64,000 nucleotides of DNA from Alphaproteobacteria bacterium (GCA_965228895.1 OZ245842.1:3936001-4000000); one strand, 5' to 3'; positions 1-10,430 are shown, numbered from the stretch's first letter. Translations and numbers: made by a program. Notes: generated by a model not told the origin, from the letters alone.

Positions 1-2
1 CG

Positions 3-467
3 GCCCAGGAGAACGGCTTTTCGATCGAGCGCCAAGTCTACGACATGGCCGGCAACCCGATCGATCCCAGCACCATGGCCCAACACGACCTGGCGGTCGT
101 CGTCCTGACCGGTGACTTGAGGGACCGCATCTGGTGGGAGTACGAAACCTGGCACGACATCCTCCTGATCGATTTGTTGCCGGCCGGCCTGGAGATCGAG
201 AACGCCCGGCTTGAAGGCAACCGCGATCTCGAAAACGTCGCCTGGCTAGGCGACGACCTCTCGCCAACCGACAACGTCGAGCAACGCGACGATCAGTATG
301 CGGCGGCGCTGAGCTTCGCGGGCAAGACCGGCTTCAAGGTCGCCTACATCGTGCGCGCGGTAACGCCGGGCAGCTATGTCTATCCTGCACCCTATGTGGA
401 GGACATGTACCGGCCGTACCAGTTCGCGACTGGCAAGACCGGCCAGTTGGACGTAACCGGGAACTAG
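3..467 (+). CDS. Bacterial alpha-2-macroglobulin (YfhM-like), C-terminal part; 5' end outside the window
   Basis: Frame open from the window start (AQENGFSIERQVYD...). C-terminal motifs DLLPAGLEIEN, EQRDD and RAVTPGSYVYPAPYVEDMYRP are typical of the A2M MG10 region. Lies directly upstream of pbpC. Confidence 0.9.
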   Translation, partial: AQENGFSIERQVYDMAGNPIDPSTMAQHDLAVVVLTGDLRDRIWWEYETWHDILLIDLLPAGLEIENARLEGNRDLENVAWLGDDLSPTDNVEQRDDQYAAALSFAGKTGFKVAYIVRAVTPGSYVYPAPYVEDMYRPYQFATGKTGQLDVTGN

Positions 468-474
468 GCTGGCG

Positions 475-2580
475 ATGACGGCACGGGGCAACAGACCGCA
501 GGCCGGCGCCCGCTGGTGGGCACGCGCCACCATGGGCGTGGCGTTGCTCTTCGCGGCTGTCGTCATTGCCGACCGGCTGGTACCGCCCGACGTTACCCGC
601 TATGCCGACCGCACCCAGGTTGTCGCCGATCGCGACGGCGACGTGCTGCGTGCCTTCGTCACCGAAGACGGCATGTGGCGACTCAAGACATCCGTCGACG
701 ATGTCGACCCGCTCTACCTCGCTATGCTGGTCGCCTATGAGGACAGCCGCTTCGATTGGCATTGGGGCGTCGACCCGTTGGCGTTGGCGCGCGCGACCGG
801 CCAGTGGGTCGCCAACGGCCACGTCGTTTCCGGCGGTTCGACGCTCACCATGCAGGTCGCACGCCTGCTGGAGCCGCGCCCGCGCACGCTCGCCTCCAAG
901 CTGATCGAGATCGCACGCGCCTATCAGATCGAAGCCCAGTTCAGCAAAGACCAGATCCTCGGCGTTTACCTGACGCTGGCACCCTTCGGCGGCAACCTGG
1001 AAGGCGTGCGTGCCGCCAGCCTCGCCTATTTTGGCAAGGAGCCACGTCATCTCTCGCCAGCGGAAGCCGCACTGTTGGTCGCCCTACCCCAGTCGCCGAC
1101 GGCGCTGCGCCTGGACCGCAACCCTGAGGCCGCGCAAGCGGCGCGTGACCGCGTCCTCGACCGGGTCGCCGCCGCCGGTGTCATCACGTTTGCCGAGGCC
1201 GCGCGCGCGAAGCGCGGCGACGTGCCCGACCTGCGCCAGGACCTGCCCTTCCTGGCGCCACATCTCGCCGAACGCCTGCATGCGCTGGACCCCGATAGCG
1301 AGGAGATCGTCACCACCCTCGACGCCGACCTGCAGCGCGCCGTCGAGCGGGTCATCGGCCTGGCGCCGCCGGTTGCCGACCCTGTCGCGAGCGCTGCCGC
1401 GCTGATCGTCGACAACCGCACGGGCTGTGTGGTCGCCCATGTCGGTGCCTTCGATTACTTTGCCGCCGAACGTCAGGGCATGGTCGATATGACCCAGGCC
1501 ATTCGTTCGCCGGGCTCGGCGCTCAAACCTTTCATCTACGCGCTCGCCTTCGAACGCCGCTTGGTCCACCCCGAAACCATCATCGACGATCGCCCGCGCC
1601 GTTTCGGCGGCTACGCGCCGACCAACTTCGACGGCGGCTTCAACGGCGATGTCTCGATCCGCGTCGCGCTGCAACTCTCGCTCAACGTACCGGCGGTCGC
1701 CGTGCTCGATCGTCTGGGTCCCGTGCGCTTCCAGTCGGCGTTGCAGCAGAGTGGTGTGGCGCTTCATTTGCCAGGCGATGCGCCGGCCGCCTCGCTGCCC
1801 CTGGCGCTGGGCGGCGTCGGCATCACGCTGGAAGACATGGCCGCACTTTACGCCGGACTGGCGCGCGGTGGATCTGTCGCGCCGCTTTGCGTCACAGAGA
1901 CCGAGGCACCGGTCGAACCACACCGCTTGGTCCGTCCGTTCGCCGCATGGTACGTCACCGACATCCTGGGCGGCGCGGCACGGCCTCTCGGGTTCCGTAA
2001 CGAGCACGCCGCCTTGCCGTTCAAGACCGGGACGTCCTATGGCTACCGCGATGCCTGGGCTATCGGCTTCTCCGGCGCCTACACGATCGCGGTGTGGGTC
2101 GGCCGGCCAGACGGCGGATCGTGCACCGGCTGCATCGGCATTGATGTCGCCGCACCCCTGATGCGCCGCTTGTTCGAACTCTTGCCACCCGATGCCATGG
2201 ACGGCCTGTCGCCGGCGCCCGCCGGCAGCGTCATCGCGAGCAACGCCGAGCTGCCCGCCCTGCTGCGCCGCTTCGACCGTAACCTGAGCCCCATGCCTCT
2301 TCCCGATCTCGACATCGCGTTTCCACCTGACGGCGTGCGTGTGCGCCTGGCAGAAGACGACGACGGCGCCGAGGCCCTGCCGCTGCGCGCCGAAGGCGGT
2401 GTCTTGCCGCTGACATGGCTGGTCAACGGTGAACCGGTGCCCACCTATGGCCGACTTTCGCTCGCCGAATGGCTGCCCGACGGCGCCGGCTTTGCTGACA
2501 TTAGAGTCGTCGACAGCCACGGTCAGTCGGCCGCGGCGCGGGTCTTCATCGAGCTGCATGACGCCGGAGGCGCGCTCTAG
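475..2580 (+). CDS. pbpC: Penicillin-binding protein 1C
   Basis: Transglycosylase motifs EDSRF, GGSTLTMQVAR and SKLIE; transpeptidase SxxK (GSALK) and KTG (FKTGTS); C-terminal PBP1C domain; follows the A2M gene. Confidence 0.95.
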   Translation: MTARGNRPQAGARWWARATMGVALLFAAVVIADRLVPPDVTRYADRTQVVADRDGDVLRAFVTEDGMWRLKTSVDDVDPLYLAMLVAYEDSRFDWHWGVDPLALARATGQWVANGHVVSGGSTLTMQVARLLEPRPRTLASKLIEIARAYQIEAQFSKDQILGVYLTLAPFGGNLEGVRAASLAYFGKEPRHLSPAEAALLVALPQSPTALRLDRNPEAAQAARDRVLDRVAAAGVITFAEAARAKRGDVPDLRQDLPFLAPHLAERLHALDPDSEEIVTTLDADLQRAVERVIGLAPPVADPVASAAALIVDNRTGCVVAHVGAFDYFAAERQGMVDMTQAIRSPGSALKPFIYALAFERRLVHPETIIDDRPRRFGGYAPTNFDGGFNGDVSIRVALQLSLNVPAVAVLDRLGPVRFQSALQQSGVALHLPGDAPAASLPLALGGVGITLEDMAALYAGLARGGSVAPLCVTETEAPVEPHRLVRPFAAWYVTDILGGAARPLGFRNEHAALPFKTGTSYGYRDAWAIGFSGAYTIAVWVGRPDGGSCTGCIGIDVAAPLMRRLFELLPPDAMDGLSPAPAGSVIASNAELPALLRRFDRNLSPMPLPDLDIAFPPDGVRVRLAEDDDGAEALPLRAEGGVLPLTWLVNGEPVPTYGRLSLAEWLPDGAGFADIRVVDSHGQSAAARVFIELHDAGGAL

Positions 2581-2667
2581 GCTGGCTTAGCCAAGCTTGA
2601 AGAAAACGCTTCCTCAGCCGCCAACGTCGCACCATAGTTTGCCGGTCCGCGTCATGGAGCCGGAACC

Positions 2668-3810
2668 ATGAACAGACCCACCCGTTCCACCAAGGCAATG
2701 CCATTGGACGCTGGCCGCTTCGATCCCGATAGCGCGGAGGCATCGTCGACTCTGCCAGCCTCTTGGTACTACGAGCCGGAAATCTATCGCCGCGAGCACG
2801 AGGCGATCTTCTATCGGACATGGTGGTATCAGTGCCACGTTTCGGACCTCGCCAAGCCCGGCGACTTCACGTGCGGCGCCGTTGCCGACCAGAAGATCTT
2901 CATCATGCGTGGGCGCGACAACGAACTGCGCGCGTTCTACAACGTCTGCAGCCACCGCGCCCATCCGCTGTTGGAAGGCCAGGGCAACAAGGTGCTGATC
3001 ACCTGCCCCTACCATCAGTGGTGCTACAACAGCGACGGCACGTTTCGGCAGGCAGGCGGGCGCGAGACGCTTGAGGGCTGGATCCCCGACAACGCCGACC
3101 TGAAGCCTGTACGCCTCGAAAACTACGGCGGTTTCCTATTCGTCAACCTTGACCCGGACGCCAAGCCGCTTATCGAACAGGCGCCGCAGCTTATGAAGGA
3201 CTTCTACACATGCTGCCCGCGCCTGGACGACCTCGTCCGCGTCGAGCGGCGCGAACGCGAGGTTGCGGCCAACTGGAAGACACTCGTGGACAACAACCAC
3301 GAATGCTACCACTGCGACGCCAACCACAAGTCGCTGATGGAGTTGGTCGACTACGACAACAAGGCCGTCTGGTCCGATGACGGCATCACGTTCTCCCACA
3401 CGGTCGAACGCAAAAAACTCGACAACAGCGCATACGCCCTCAACGACGTCGCGATCGAACAGGATTCGCTGTTCAGTTACATCTGGCCGAGCTTGATACC
3501 GCTGTTCTTTCCGGGAACGCCAAGCGCGGTGATGTTCCAAGTCCTGCCGACCGGGCCCGAGACCTCAACCGTGCGCCACGACTTCTATTTTCTGAGTCGC
3601 GCGCCAAGCGAACAGGAACAGGCTTTCATGGATTGGATGACAAACGTGCTGGTGCCCGAAGACGTAGCCCTGTGCGAACACGTCCAGCAAGGCCTGCATT
3701 CGCGCGGTTATGACCAGGGCAGGTTTGTCGTCGACCGCGACCACGTTGCGTTCTCCGAACACCACGTCCATTTCTTTCAGCGGTTCGTCTATCAGGCGCT
3801 CACGCGATAG
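2668..3810 (+). CDS. Rieske non-heme iron oxygenase alpha subunit (CntA/YeaW/choline monooxygenase-like)
   Basis: Rieske motif CSHRAH...CPYHQW; mononuclear Fe motif ECYHC..NH; C-terminal EDVALCEHVQQGLHSRGY and SEHHVHFF. Confidence 0.88.
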   Translation: MNRPTRSTKAMPLDAGRFDPDSAEASSTLPASWYYEPEIYRREHEAIFYRTWWYQCHVSDLAKPGDFTCGAVADQKIFIMRGRDNELRAFYNVCSHRAHPLLEGQGNKVLITCPYHQWCYNSDGTFRQAGGRETLEGWIPDNADLKPVRLENYGGFLFVNLDPDAKPLIEQAPQLMKDFYTCCPRLDDLVRVERREREVAANWKTLVDNNHECYHCDANHKSLMELVDYDNKAVWSDDGITFSHTVERKKLDNSAYALNDVAIEQDSLFSYIWPSLIPLFFPGTPSAVMFQVLPTGPETSTVRHDFYFLSRAPSEQEQAFMDWMTNVLVPEDVALCEHVQQGLHSRGYDQGRFVVDRDHVAFSEHHVHFFQRFVYQALTR

Positions 3811-3827
3811 CGCCTCGCATTGCCGGG

Positions 3828-4112
3828 TTACTTGGTTAGACCGCGCCGCAGATCGTCGGGGCTGAGCACGGGCATGATCTCGATAGCTGCATTGACCGCA
3901 GCGAAGAACGGCTCGTTGATCTCCGCCAAGCGCGCTTGATCCTCCAGCTCGAAGAAGACCATGCCGGCGCGCTGGCCGTCCTTGACCATGAAGTAGGCCG
4001 CTTCGGCGTTAGTCTGCTCGAGCAACGTGTCGATCGCCGCGCCCAGCGTACCGTCCTTGGCAGTCTCGTTGCCCTTTTGAACGGGGATGGTGAACGAAAG
4101 CATCAAACGCAT
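3828..4112 (-). CDS. Small hypothetical protein (94 aa)
   Basis: ATG at 4112 preceded by GGAGGAAACC; protein-like composition; lies downstream of the rhodanese gene on the same strand. Confidence 0.7.
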   Translation of the reverse strand: MRLMLSFTIPVQKGNETAKDGTLGAAIDTLLEQTNAEAAYFMVKDGQRAGMVFFELEDQARLAEINEPFFAAVNAAIEIMPVLSPDDLRRGLTK

Positions 4113-4155
4113 GGTTTCCTCCAGAATGAGAGCGATGGGCGCTCTGGGGGTGGTT

Positions 4156-5418
4156 TCACGTGGGCGGGTTCGCGAATGAGAGCGTACCATCACGCTCGAA
4201 TCGTCCGAACAAGGATTGGCGCCATGCCAAAGAGCGCCGGCAGGCTTCGCGCTCGGCCTCTTTGTCTGGCGGCGCGTTATTCACAGATGCCGCCTCGGCG
4301 GGCCTAGACGTTGCGGCCAAGGGATCGCTGCCGGTCATGAGATCATGGCCGTGCAGGCCACCGGCCAATACGGCGACTTCCGGCCAGCCCTGCTGCATCA
4401 TCCAACTTGCCGTGACGATCGCGCGCGCACCGTCATCGTCGACCAAACACAGGCGCGCGTTGCGCGTCGCCAGATGATCCTCGGTACAGCCCGCGAGCTC
4501 ACCACCGGGAATCGACCGGGCGTCCCAGAGGTGCCCGGCCTGATATTCGTCCGGCGTTCTGACATCGACGACATAGAGCGTGCGATGGTCGGACTCGCGG
4601 CGCCAGATATCGAGTTCGTCCGGCTCGATCGTGCCTACGCCAAATTTTGCGGCGATACGGTCAGCAGCCTCGCGTCCCGCCTCTCTTGCTTTGCTGGAGA
4701 CCGGACCCACCTTGCGCGTTGCGCCAACTTCAAGGTCGTCACCGGTCATGACCCAATCCCCGGTGCCTTCGTCCAGCGCGACGACCGGATTGGCGAAGCC
4801 GGCGTTGATCAGCGTCTGGCAACCCAGGATGCCGCGTGTCTTGCCGCCGCAGTGAACGACAAAAGTCGCGCTCGTATCGACGGCCAGATCAAAGGCATCG
4901 CGAACAAGCTCGGCCACCGGCACGTTGATGGCGCCGGGCAGCGTGCCGCCGTGATATTCATCATAAGGGCGGCTGTCGACCAGGACGATGGGTTCGCCGG
5001 ACGCCAATCGCCGCTTCAGCTCCGCACCGTCTATGCGTGGTGTGGCGCATTGCTCCTGAACGAACAAACCAAAGCAGTTGGCCATGGCGTAGCCGGTCTC
5101 GAACAACGCATAACCCGCCGCTACCCATGTCTGAACGCCACCGTCCAGGGTATACAGATTGCTATAGCCCATCGCCGCCAACCGGATGGCAGCTTCCTCG
5201 GCCAGATCATCACCGTCATCGCACAGGACAACAGGCGTCGAAAGGCGCGGCACAAAGCCACGAACCAGATCGTCCAACCTGCCGATGGGCGTGTTGACAG
5301 CACGTAGCAGGTGGCCGGTCTCATAGGCAGCGCGTTCGCGTGCATCCAGCACGGCGATCTCACCGCCGCCCCTCAGCATGGCGTGAAACGATCCGGGATC
5401 GATGGGGGCAGCCGTCAT
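4156..5418 (-). CDS. Multi-domain rhodanese / sulfurtransferase
   Basis: Three rhodanese repeats (LDARE..Y..GH, VDSRP..EY..GTLPGA, VDVRTPDEYQAGH); active-site loop HCGGKTRG in the second domain. Confidence 0.85.
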   Translation of the reverse strand: MTAAPIDPGSFHAMLRGGGEIAVLDARERAAYETGHLLRAVNTPIGRLDDLVRGFVPRLSTPVVLCDDGDDLAEEAAIRLAAMGYSNLYTLDGGVQTWVAAGYALFETGYAMANCFGLFVQEQCATPRIDGAELKRRLASGEPIVLVDSRPYDEYHGGTLPGAINVPVAELVRDAFDLAVDTSATFVVHCGGKTRGILGCQTLINAGFANPVVALDEGTGDWVMTGDDLEVGATRKVGPVSSKAREAGREAADRIAAKFGVGTIEPDELDIWRRESDHRTLYVVDVRTPDEYQAGHLWDARSIPGGELAGCTEDHLATRNARLCLVDDDGARAIVTASWMMQQGWPEVAVLAGGLHGHDLMTGSDPLAATSRPAEAASVNNAPPDKEAEREACRRSLAWRQSLFGRFERDGTLSFANPPT

Positions 5419-5442
5419 GGCACGAGACCGGTGCCGATCGGC

Positions 5443-6966
5443 CTAGCGGGCCGCAGCGGGTTCCGAAAGTTGGACGCTGTTCCCAGCCGGCATCTGCGCA
5501 CCATCGCCGGGATTGCTGAACATCAGAACGTCGTCGTCGATCGGCGCATCGCGGATCAGCTTCTTGTCCTGAGCAAAGTCCTGCGTATGGCGCCAGGGCT
5601 CGCGGTCGCCTTGTTTAGGGAATAAATGCATCATGCGTTGCATGTAACCGGCCGAGAAGTCATCGATCCACGGCAGCGCCTGCATGGTCTTGTCGCTGTC
5701 TCGCAGACGCGGCGTCGCCTGGCGCATGCCCAACGCGTCCATCCGGTTGATCAACCGGCACACGAATTCCGCCGTCATATCCGCGCGCAAGGTCCATGAC
5801 GCGTTGATGTAACCGAAGGTCTGCACCAGGTTCGGCACGTCCGAATACATCATGCCCTTATAGGAGAACGTCTCCGGGAACGCGACGGGATCACCGTCGA
5901 CGCTGAACGTGACGCCGCTGGCGACGATCAGCTTTAGACCGGTCGCCGTCACGATAATGTCGGCGTCCAACTCCTTGCCCGACTTGAGTTTGAGACCGGA
6001 TTCCGTAACCGCCTCGATGTGATCCGTCTCGACAACGGCCTTGCCGGCGTTGATGACATTATAGAGGTCGTCATCGGGGATCAGGCATAGCCGCTGATCC
6101 CAGGGGTTGTAGCCCGGCGTGAAATGGGTCTTCACGTCATAGTCAGCGCCCAAGGCCTCGCGAACGAGATAGAGAAGCTCCTGTTTGACGACCTTCGGCT
6201 CCGTGCGCGTGCGGCGATAAAACGCGACATCGTTACGCACGTTTTTCCAGCGGGTCACCTTGTAGGCCATCTCTTCAGGCAGAAAACGCCGCAAGCGGTT
6301 GGCATCGGCGTCGACGGCAGGCATCGACACGACATAAGTCGGCGAGCGCTGCACCATCGTGACCTCGGCACCCTTCTCGGCCATGGCCGGCACCAAGGTC
6401 ATCGCGGTCGCCCCGCTGCCGATGACAACGACCTTCTTACCCGCGTAATCGAGCTCTTCCGGCCAGAACTGCGGGTGAACGATGGTGCCCTGGAAACGCT
6501 CCATGCCATCGATGGCCGGATCATGCGGTTCGTCGTAATTGTAATAGCCGCCACACATTAAAAGCATGTTGCAGGTGAATTGGACGGGCTCGCGCTCGTC
6601 GCCCCTCTCGGCTTCAACCGTCCACCGCGCGTCGTCCGTCGACCAGTGTGCTGCGATAACCTTGTGGCCGTAACAGATGTGATCAGTCACGCCGTGTTCT
6701 TCGGCGGCTTCGCGCACGTAGCTCAGAATTGACGGGCCGTCCGCAATCGCCTTGGCCGCGCGCCAGGGTTTGAAGTTGTAGCCAAGCGTGTGCATGTCGC
6801 TGTCAGAGCGCACACCGGGATAACGGAAGAGATCCCACGTCCCGCCGAGAGCGTCGCGGCCTTCCAGCAGGACAAACGTCTTGCCCGGGCACTCCGCCTG
6901 AAGGTGGCAGGCGCTGCCGATGCCGGAAAGGCCCGCACCGACGATCACAACGTCAAAATCGCTCAC
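5443..6966 (-). CDS. Flavin-containing monooxygenase (EthA/AlmA-like, BVMO family)
   Basis: GAGLSG, GGTWDLFRYPGVRSDSD, FxGxxxHPQxWP fingerprint, second Rossmann GSGATA, ATG motif. Confidence 0.92.
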   Translation of the reverse strand: MSDFDVVIVGAGLSGIGSACHLQAECPGKTFVLLEGRDALGGTWDLFRYPGVRSDSDMHTLGYNFKPWRAAKAIADGPSILSYVREAAEEHGVTDHICYGHKVIAAHWSTDDARWTVEAERGDEREPVQFTCNMLLMCGGYYNYDEPHDPAIDGMERFQGTIVHPQFWPEELDYAGKKVVVIGSGATAMTLVPAMAEKGAEVTMVQRSPTYVVSMPAVDADANRLRRFLPEEMAYKVTRWKNVRNDVAFYRRTRTEPKVVKQELLYLVREALGADYDVKTHFTPGYNPWDQRLCLIPDDDLYNVINAGKAVVETDHIEAVTESGLKLKSGKELDADIIVTATGLKLIVASGVTFSVDGDPVAFPETFSYKGMMYSDVPNLVQTFGYINASWTLRADMTAEFVCRLINRMDALGMRQATPRLRDSDKTMQALPWIDDFSAGYMQRMMHLFPKQGDREPWRHTQDFAQDKKLIRDAPIDDDVLMFSNPGDGAQMPAGNSVQLSEPAAAR

Positions 6967-7086
6967 GGCATTCTCCGAAGCGCCAAGAAATCGTCGCGAT
7001 TATTCCCTTCTTTCGCCGCCATCGCCACCAATAGTAAGGCTGCACGACGCCGGCCACGGGGGGCGGCGGAAACCGGGGGAACCCTT

Positions 7087-8706
7087 ATGGTTCGGTCCAA
7101 CGGACTGCTGAACACCCGTCATGCCTTTCCAGTTCTGATCGCTTCGATGGTTGCCGCGCCGCTGCTCGGCTGCGAGAGCGAACCCGCCGTCACAAACCAG
7201 GACGACAAGGTCGTCTATGAGGCCGAGGCGAGAATCGAAGGGCTCTTCGCACCGCCGGCACCGGTGATGACGCCACCGGGCGACGCCTATGAGGACATCG
7301 AACCGAACCCGGTCATCGCAGTGGTCGAGGAGCCGGTGTCGACCTTTTCCATCGATGTCGACACGGCCGCCTACGCCAACGTGCGCCGTTTCCTGAATGA
7401 AGGTTCTTTGCCGCCACGCGATGCCGTGCGCGTCGAAGAAATGATCAACTATTTCGACTACGCCTATGAACCGCCGCTTGACGCCACCGAGCCGTTCTCG
7501 GCAATGACCACCGTGGTCCCGACGCCGTGGAACGACGGCACACAACTCGTGCACATCGCGATCAAGGGCTACGACGTCGTCGACATCGAGGAACGACCGC
7601 GCGCTAACCTCGTCTTTCTGGTTGACGTCTCCGGCTCCATGCAAGGTCCCGACCGGCTGCCACTTCTGGTGCAAAGCCTGCGCCTCCTCGTCAACGCGCT
7701 AGACCCGGACGACAGCGTCGCCATCGTCACCTATGCCGGCAGTGTCGGCGTCGCGTTGGAGCCGACACCGGTTGCCGACAAGGCGAAGATCCTGGCTGCG
7801 CTGGACTCACTCGGCGCGGGCGGATCGACGGCCGGCGCCGCCGGTATCAACCTTGCCTATGACACCGCAAGGTCAAGCTTTGTCGAAGATGGTTTGAACC
7901 GAGTCATCCTGGCCACCGACGGCGATTTCAATGTCGGCGTCAGCGACACCGACACATTGCAGGAGATGATCGAGCGCGAACGCAAGAGCGGCGTTTACCT
8001 CTCGGTACTCGGGTTTGGCCGCGGCAACCTGAACGACCAGATGATGCAACGCATCGCGCAGCACGGAAACGGCAACGCCGCCTATATCGACTCGTTGATG
8101 GAAGCCAAGAAAGCGCTGGTCGACGAACTCGACGGCACGCTCTTTCCGATCGCCAACGACGTCAAGATCCAGGTCGAGTTCAATCCCGCCCAGGTGGCCG
8201 AGTACCGGCTGCTGGGTTATGAAACCCGCCTGCTCGATCGCGAAGACTTCAACAATGACAAGGTCGACGCGGGCGAAATCGGCAACGGCCACGCCGTGAC
8301 CGCGATCTACGAAATCGTCCCGACGGCTTCACCGTTCCGCTGGGTCGATCCCTTGCGCTACAGCACCGACACAGAGTCTGTGGACGATGAAACGCACGGC
8401 AACGAACTCGCCTACCTGAAGATCCGCTACAAGCTGCCCGGCGAAACCACCAGTGTGCTCATGCAACAGCCCATCCTGGCGCCGGCCGACGACACCGGTC
8501 TGGCCGAGGCCAGCGAGGACGTGCGTTTCGCCGTCGCCGTTGCCGCCTATGGCGAGCTGCTGCGCGACGACGTTCACCTGGGAACGTGGCAGATGGGCGA
8601 CGTCATCGATCTGGCCAGCAGTGCCTTGGGCGACGACCCCTATGGCTATCGCCGCGAGTTCGTCCGTCTCGCCGACCTCGCCGGCAGTCTGCGCACGACC
8701 CATTGA
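7087..8706 (+). CDS. VWA-domain lipoprotein (YfbK-like: vWF_A + VWA + DUF3520)
   Basis: Lipobox-like LLGC; STFSIDVDTAAY; MIDAS DVSGSM; ILATDGDFNVG; DFNNDKVDAGEIG. Start taken at ATG 7087. Confidence 0.88.
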   Translation: MVRSNGLLNTRHAFPVLIASMVAAPLLGCESEPAVTNQDDKVVYEAEARIEGLFAPPAPVMTPPGDAYEDIEPNPVIAVVEEPVSTFSIDVDTAAYANVRRFLNEGSLPPRDAVRVEEMINYFDYAYEPPLDATEPFSAMTTVVPTPWNDGTQLVHIAIKGYDVVDIEERPRANLVFLVDVSGSMQGPDRLPLLVQSLRLLVNALDPDDSVAIVTYAGSVGVALEPTPVADKAKILAALDSLGAGGSTAGAAGINLAYDTARSSFVEDGLNRVILATDGDFNVGVSDTDTLQEMIERERKSGVYLSVLGFGRGNLNDQMMQRIAQHGNGNAAYIDSLMEAKKALVDELDGTLFPIANDVKIQVEFNPAQVAEYRLLGYETRLLDREDFNNDKVDAGEIGNGHAVTAIYEIVPTASPFRWVDPLRYSTDTESVDDETHGNELAYLKIRYKLPGETTSVLMQQPILAPADDTGLAEASEDVRFAVAVAAYGELLRDDVHLGTWQMGDVIDLASSALGDDPYGYRREFVRLADLAGSLRTTH

Positions 8707-9612
8707 TCACGCATCGCGCGCCGGCCCCTTGTGACTCAGAAACCAGTCGCGCATGCGCGTCACGAGCTCGGGGTCGCGCGGCACGCGCGGCGCAATGAGA
8801 TAGAAACCGGTCTCGTCGCCGACCGTCAGGTCGAACAGGCGGCACAGACGTCCGGCCTCGATGTCAGCCTGGACAAGAGGTTCGCTTGCCAGAGCGATGC
8901 CCTGACCGGCGATGGCCGCATCGATCGCCAGCGACTCCTGTGAGAACCGCAACGACCGCGCGGGTTCGAGAGGTTCGCCCCTGCCTGCCTGCTCCAGGTA
9001 CTTGGGCCACCAGCCATGGGTATCGTGAAGGAGAACGTGGTGGGCAAGATCAGCCGGTTCCTCCAGCGGATGATCACCATCGAGCAGCGCCGGGCTGCAC
9101 ACCGCGAACATGTCGAGACCGTAGAGCAAGTCGGCTGACAGACCAGGGCCAAAAGGCGGTTTACCTTGGCGCACGGCAATGTCCACGCCGTCGCTTTGAA
9201 AGTTCGCCATCGCGACCGTGGCGACCACCTGGACATCAAGGTCGGGATTGGCTTGCGTGAACGCACCCAACCGCGGCACCAGCCAGCGCGCCGCGAACGA
9301 CGGCGTTGCGGAGACCGTCACCGTCTGTTGCTGGGGGCGCAGTTCTTCCGTCGCCTCGGCGATGATCCGCAGCGCGCGCGCAATCGGTGTGCGATAGCGC
9401 CTGCCGGCCTCGGTCAGGGCGAGCCCGCGGGGCAGACGATCGAACAGCTTGACGCCAAGTTCGGCCTCCAGACCGCGTATCTGTTGCGCCACCGCACCCT
9501 GGGTGACGCCCAGTTCCTCGGCCGCCAGACGGAAGTTGAGCTGGCGCGCGACGGCCTCGAACACTCTGAGGGCGTTCAATCGTGGATAGCGGGAGGGCCG
9601 TTGCTCACTCAT
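8707..9612 (-). CDS. LysR family regulator (GcvA-like)
   Basis: N-terminal HTH LNALRVFEAVARQLNFRLAAEELGVTQGAVAQQIR; PSFAARWLVPRL; divergent from an SDR. Confidence 0.93.
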   Translation of the reverse strand: MSEQRPSRYPRLNALRVFEAVARQLNFRLAAEELGVTQGAVAQQIRGLEAELGVKLFDRLPRGLALTEAGRRYRTPIARALRIIAEATEELRPQQQTVTVSATPSFAARWLVPRLGAFTQANPDLDVQVVATVAMANFQSDGVDIAVRQGKPPFGPGLSADLLYGLDMFAVCSPALLDGDHPLEEPADLAHHVLLHDTHGWWPKYLEQAGRGEPLEPARSLRFSQESLAIDAAIAGQGIALASEPLVQADIEAGRLCRLFDLTVGDETGFYLIAPRVPRDPELVTRMRDWFLSHKGPARDA

Positions 9613-9617
9613 TATCC

Positions 9618-9632
9618 TGTAGATTTTCTACA
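9618..9632. promoter_or_regulatory. Probable LysR operator, palindrome TGTAGA-TTT-TCTACA
   Basis: Perfect 6-bp inverted repeat containing T-N11-A, 5 bp from the LysR start, in the divergent spacer. Confidence 0.6.
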
Positions 9633-9715
9633 TGCATGAAAGCGGGCTTCTGCTTAGACGTCCCTGCTGGACTGTGTCAAACACCCCATCAGACCGACAG
9701 ACCAGGGAGAGAGCC

Positions 9716-10420
9716 ATGTCTTCAGAAAGAGTTGCCGTCATCACGGCAGGCGGCAGCGGCATGGGCGCCGGTGCGGCCCGCAAGCTGGCCGCAGACGGTT
9801 TCCGCGTCGCTATTCTTTCTTCATCCGGCAAGGGCGAGGCGCTGGCCAAGGAGCTCGGCGGCCTTGGCGTCACCGGATCCAACCAGTCGAACGACGACGT
9901 GAAGCGCCTGGTTGACGGGGCCATGGACACATGGGGTCGCATCGACGTGCTGGTCAACAGCGCCGGCCACGGACCGCGCGGTCCCGTCCTCGACCTCAGT
10001 GACGAGGACTGGCACCAGGGCATGGAGGTCTATTTCCTCAGCGCCGTCAGACCGACGCGCCTGGTGACGCCGGTCATGCAGCAGCAGAACGGCGGCGTCA
10101 TCATCAACATTTCGACCTTCGCGGCGTTCGAGCCGGACCCGGTGTTTCCGACCTCCGGCGTTTTCCGCGCCGGCCTTGCCGCCTATACCAAGCTCTACTC
10201 GGACAAATACGCCGCCGACAACATCCGCATGAACAACGTGCTGCCCGGCTTCATCGACAGCCTGCCGGAAAAAGAGGAGTTCCGCGCCCGCATTCCGATG
10301 GAGCGCTACGGCAAGACAGAGGAGATCGCCGACGTCGTCGGTTTCCTGGCGTCAGACGGCGCGGGCTACATCACCGGCCAGAACATCCGCGTCGACGGCG
10401 GTATTACGCGATCGGTGTAA
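9716..10420 (+). CDS. SDR family oxidoreductase (atypical active site)
   Basis: TAGGSGMG, VLVNSAG, PG motif and GQNIRVDGG; S-G-V-F-R in place of YxxxK; RBS GGAGAG before ATG 9716. Confidence 0.88.
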   Translation: MSSERVAVITAGGSGMGAGAARKLAADGFRVAILSSSGKGEALAKELGGLGVTGSNQSNDDVKRLVDGAMDTWGRIDVLVNSAGHGPRGPVLDLSDEDWHQGMEVYFLSAVRPTRLVTPVMQQQNGGVIINISTFAAFEPDPVFPTSGVFRAGLAAYTKLYSDKYAADNIRMNNVLPGFIDSLPEKEEFRARIPMERYGKTEEIADVVGFLASDGAGYITGQNIRVDGGITRSV

Positions 10421-10430
10421 CGGGACGGCC

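Noticed and set aside
1-2580. A2M-pbpC pair as a novel system
   Set aside because: Well-known conserved gene pair.
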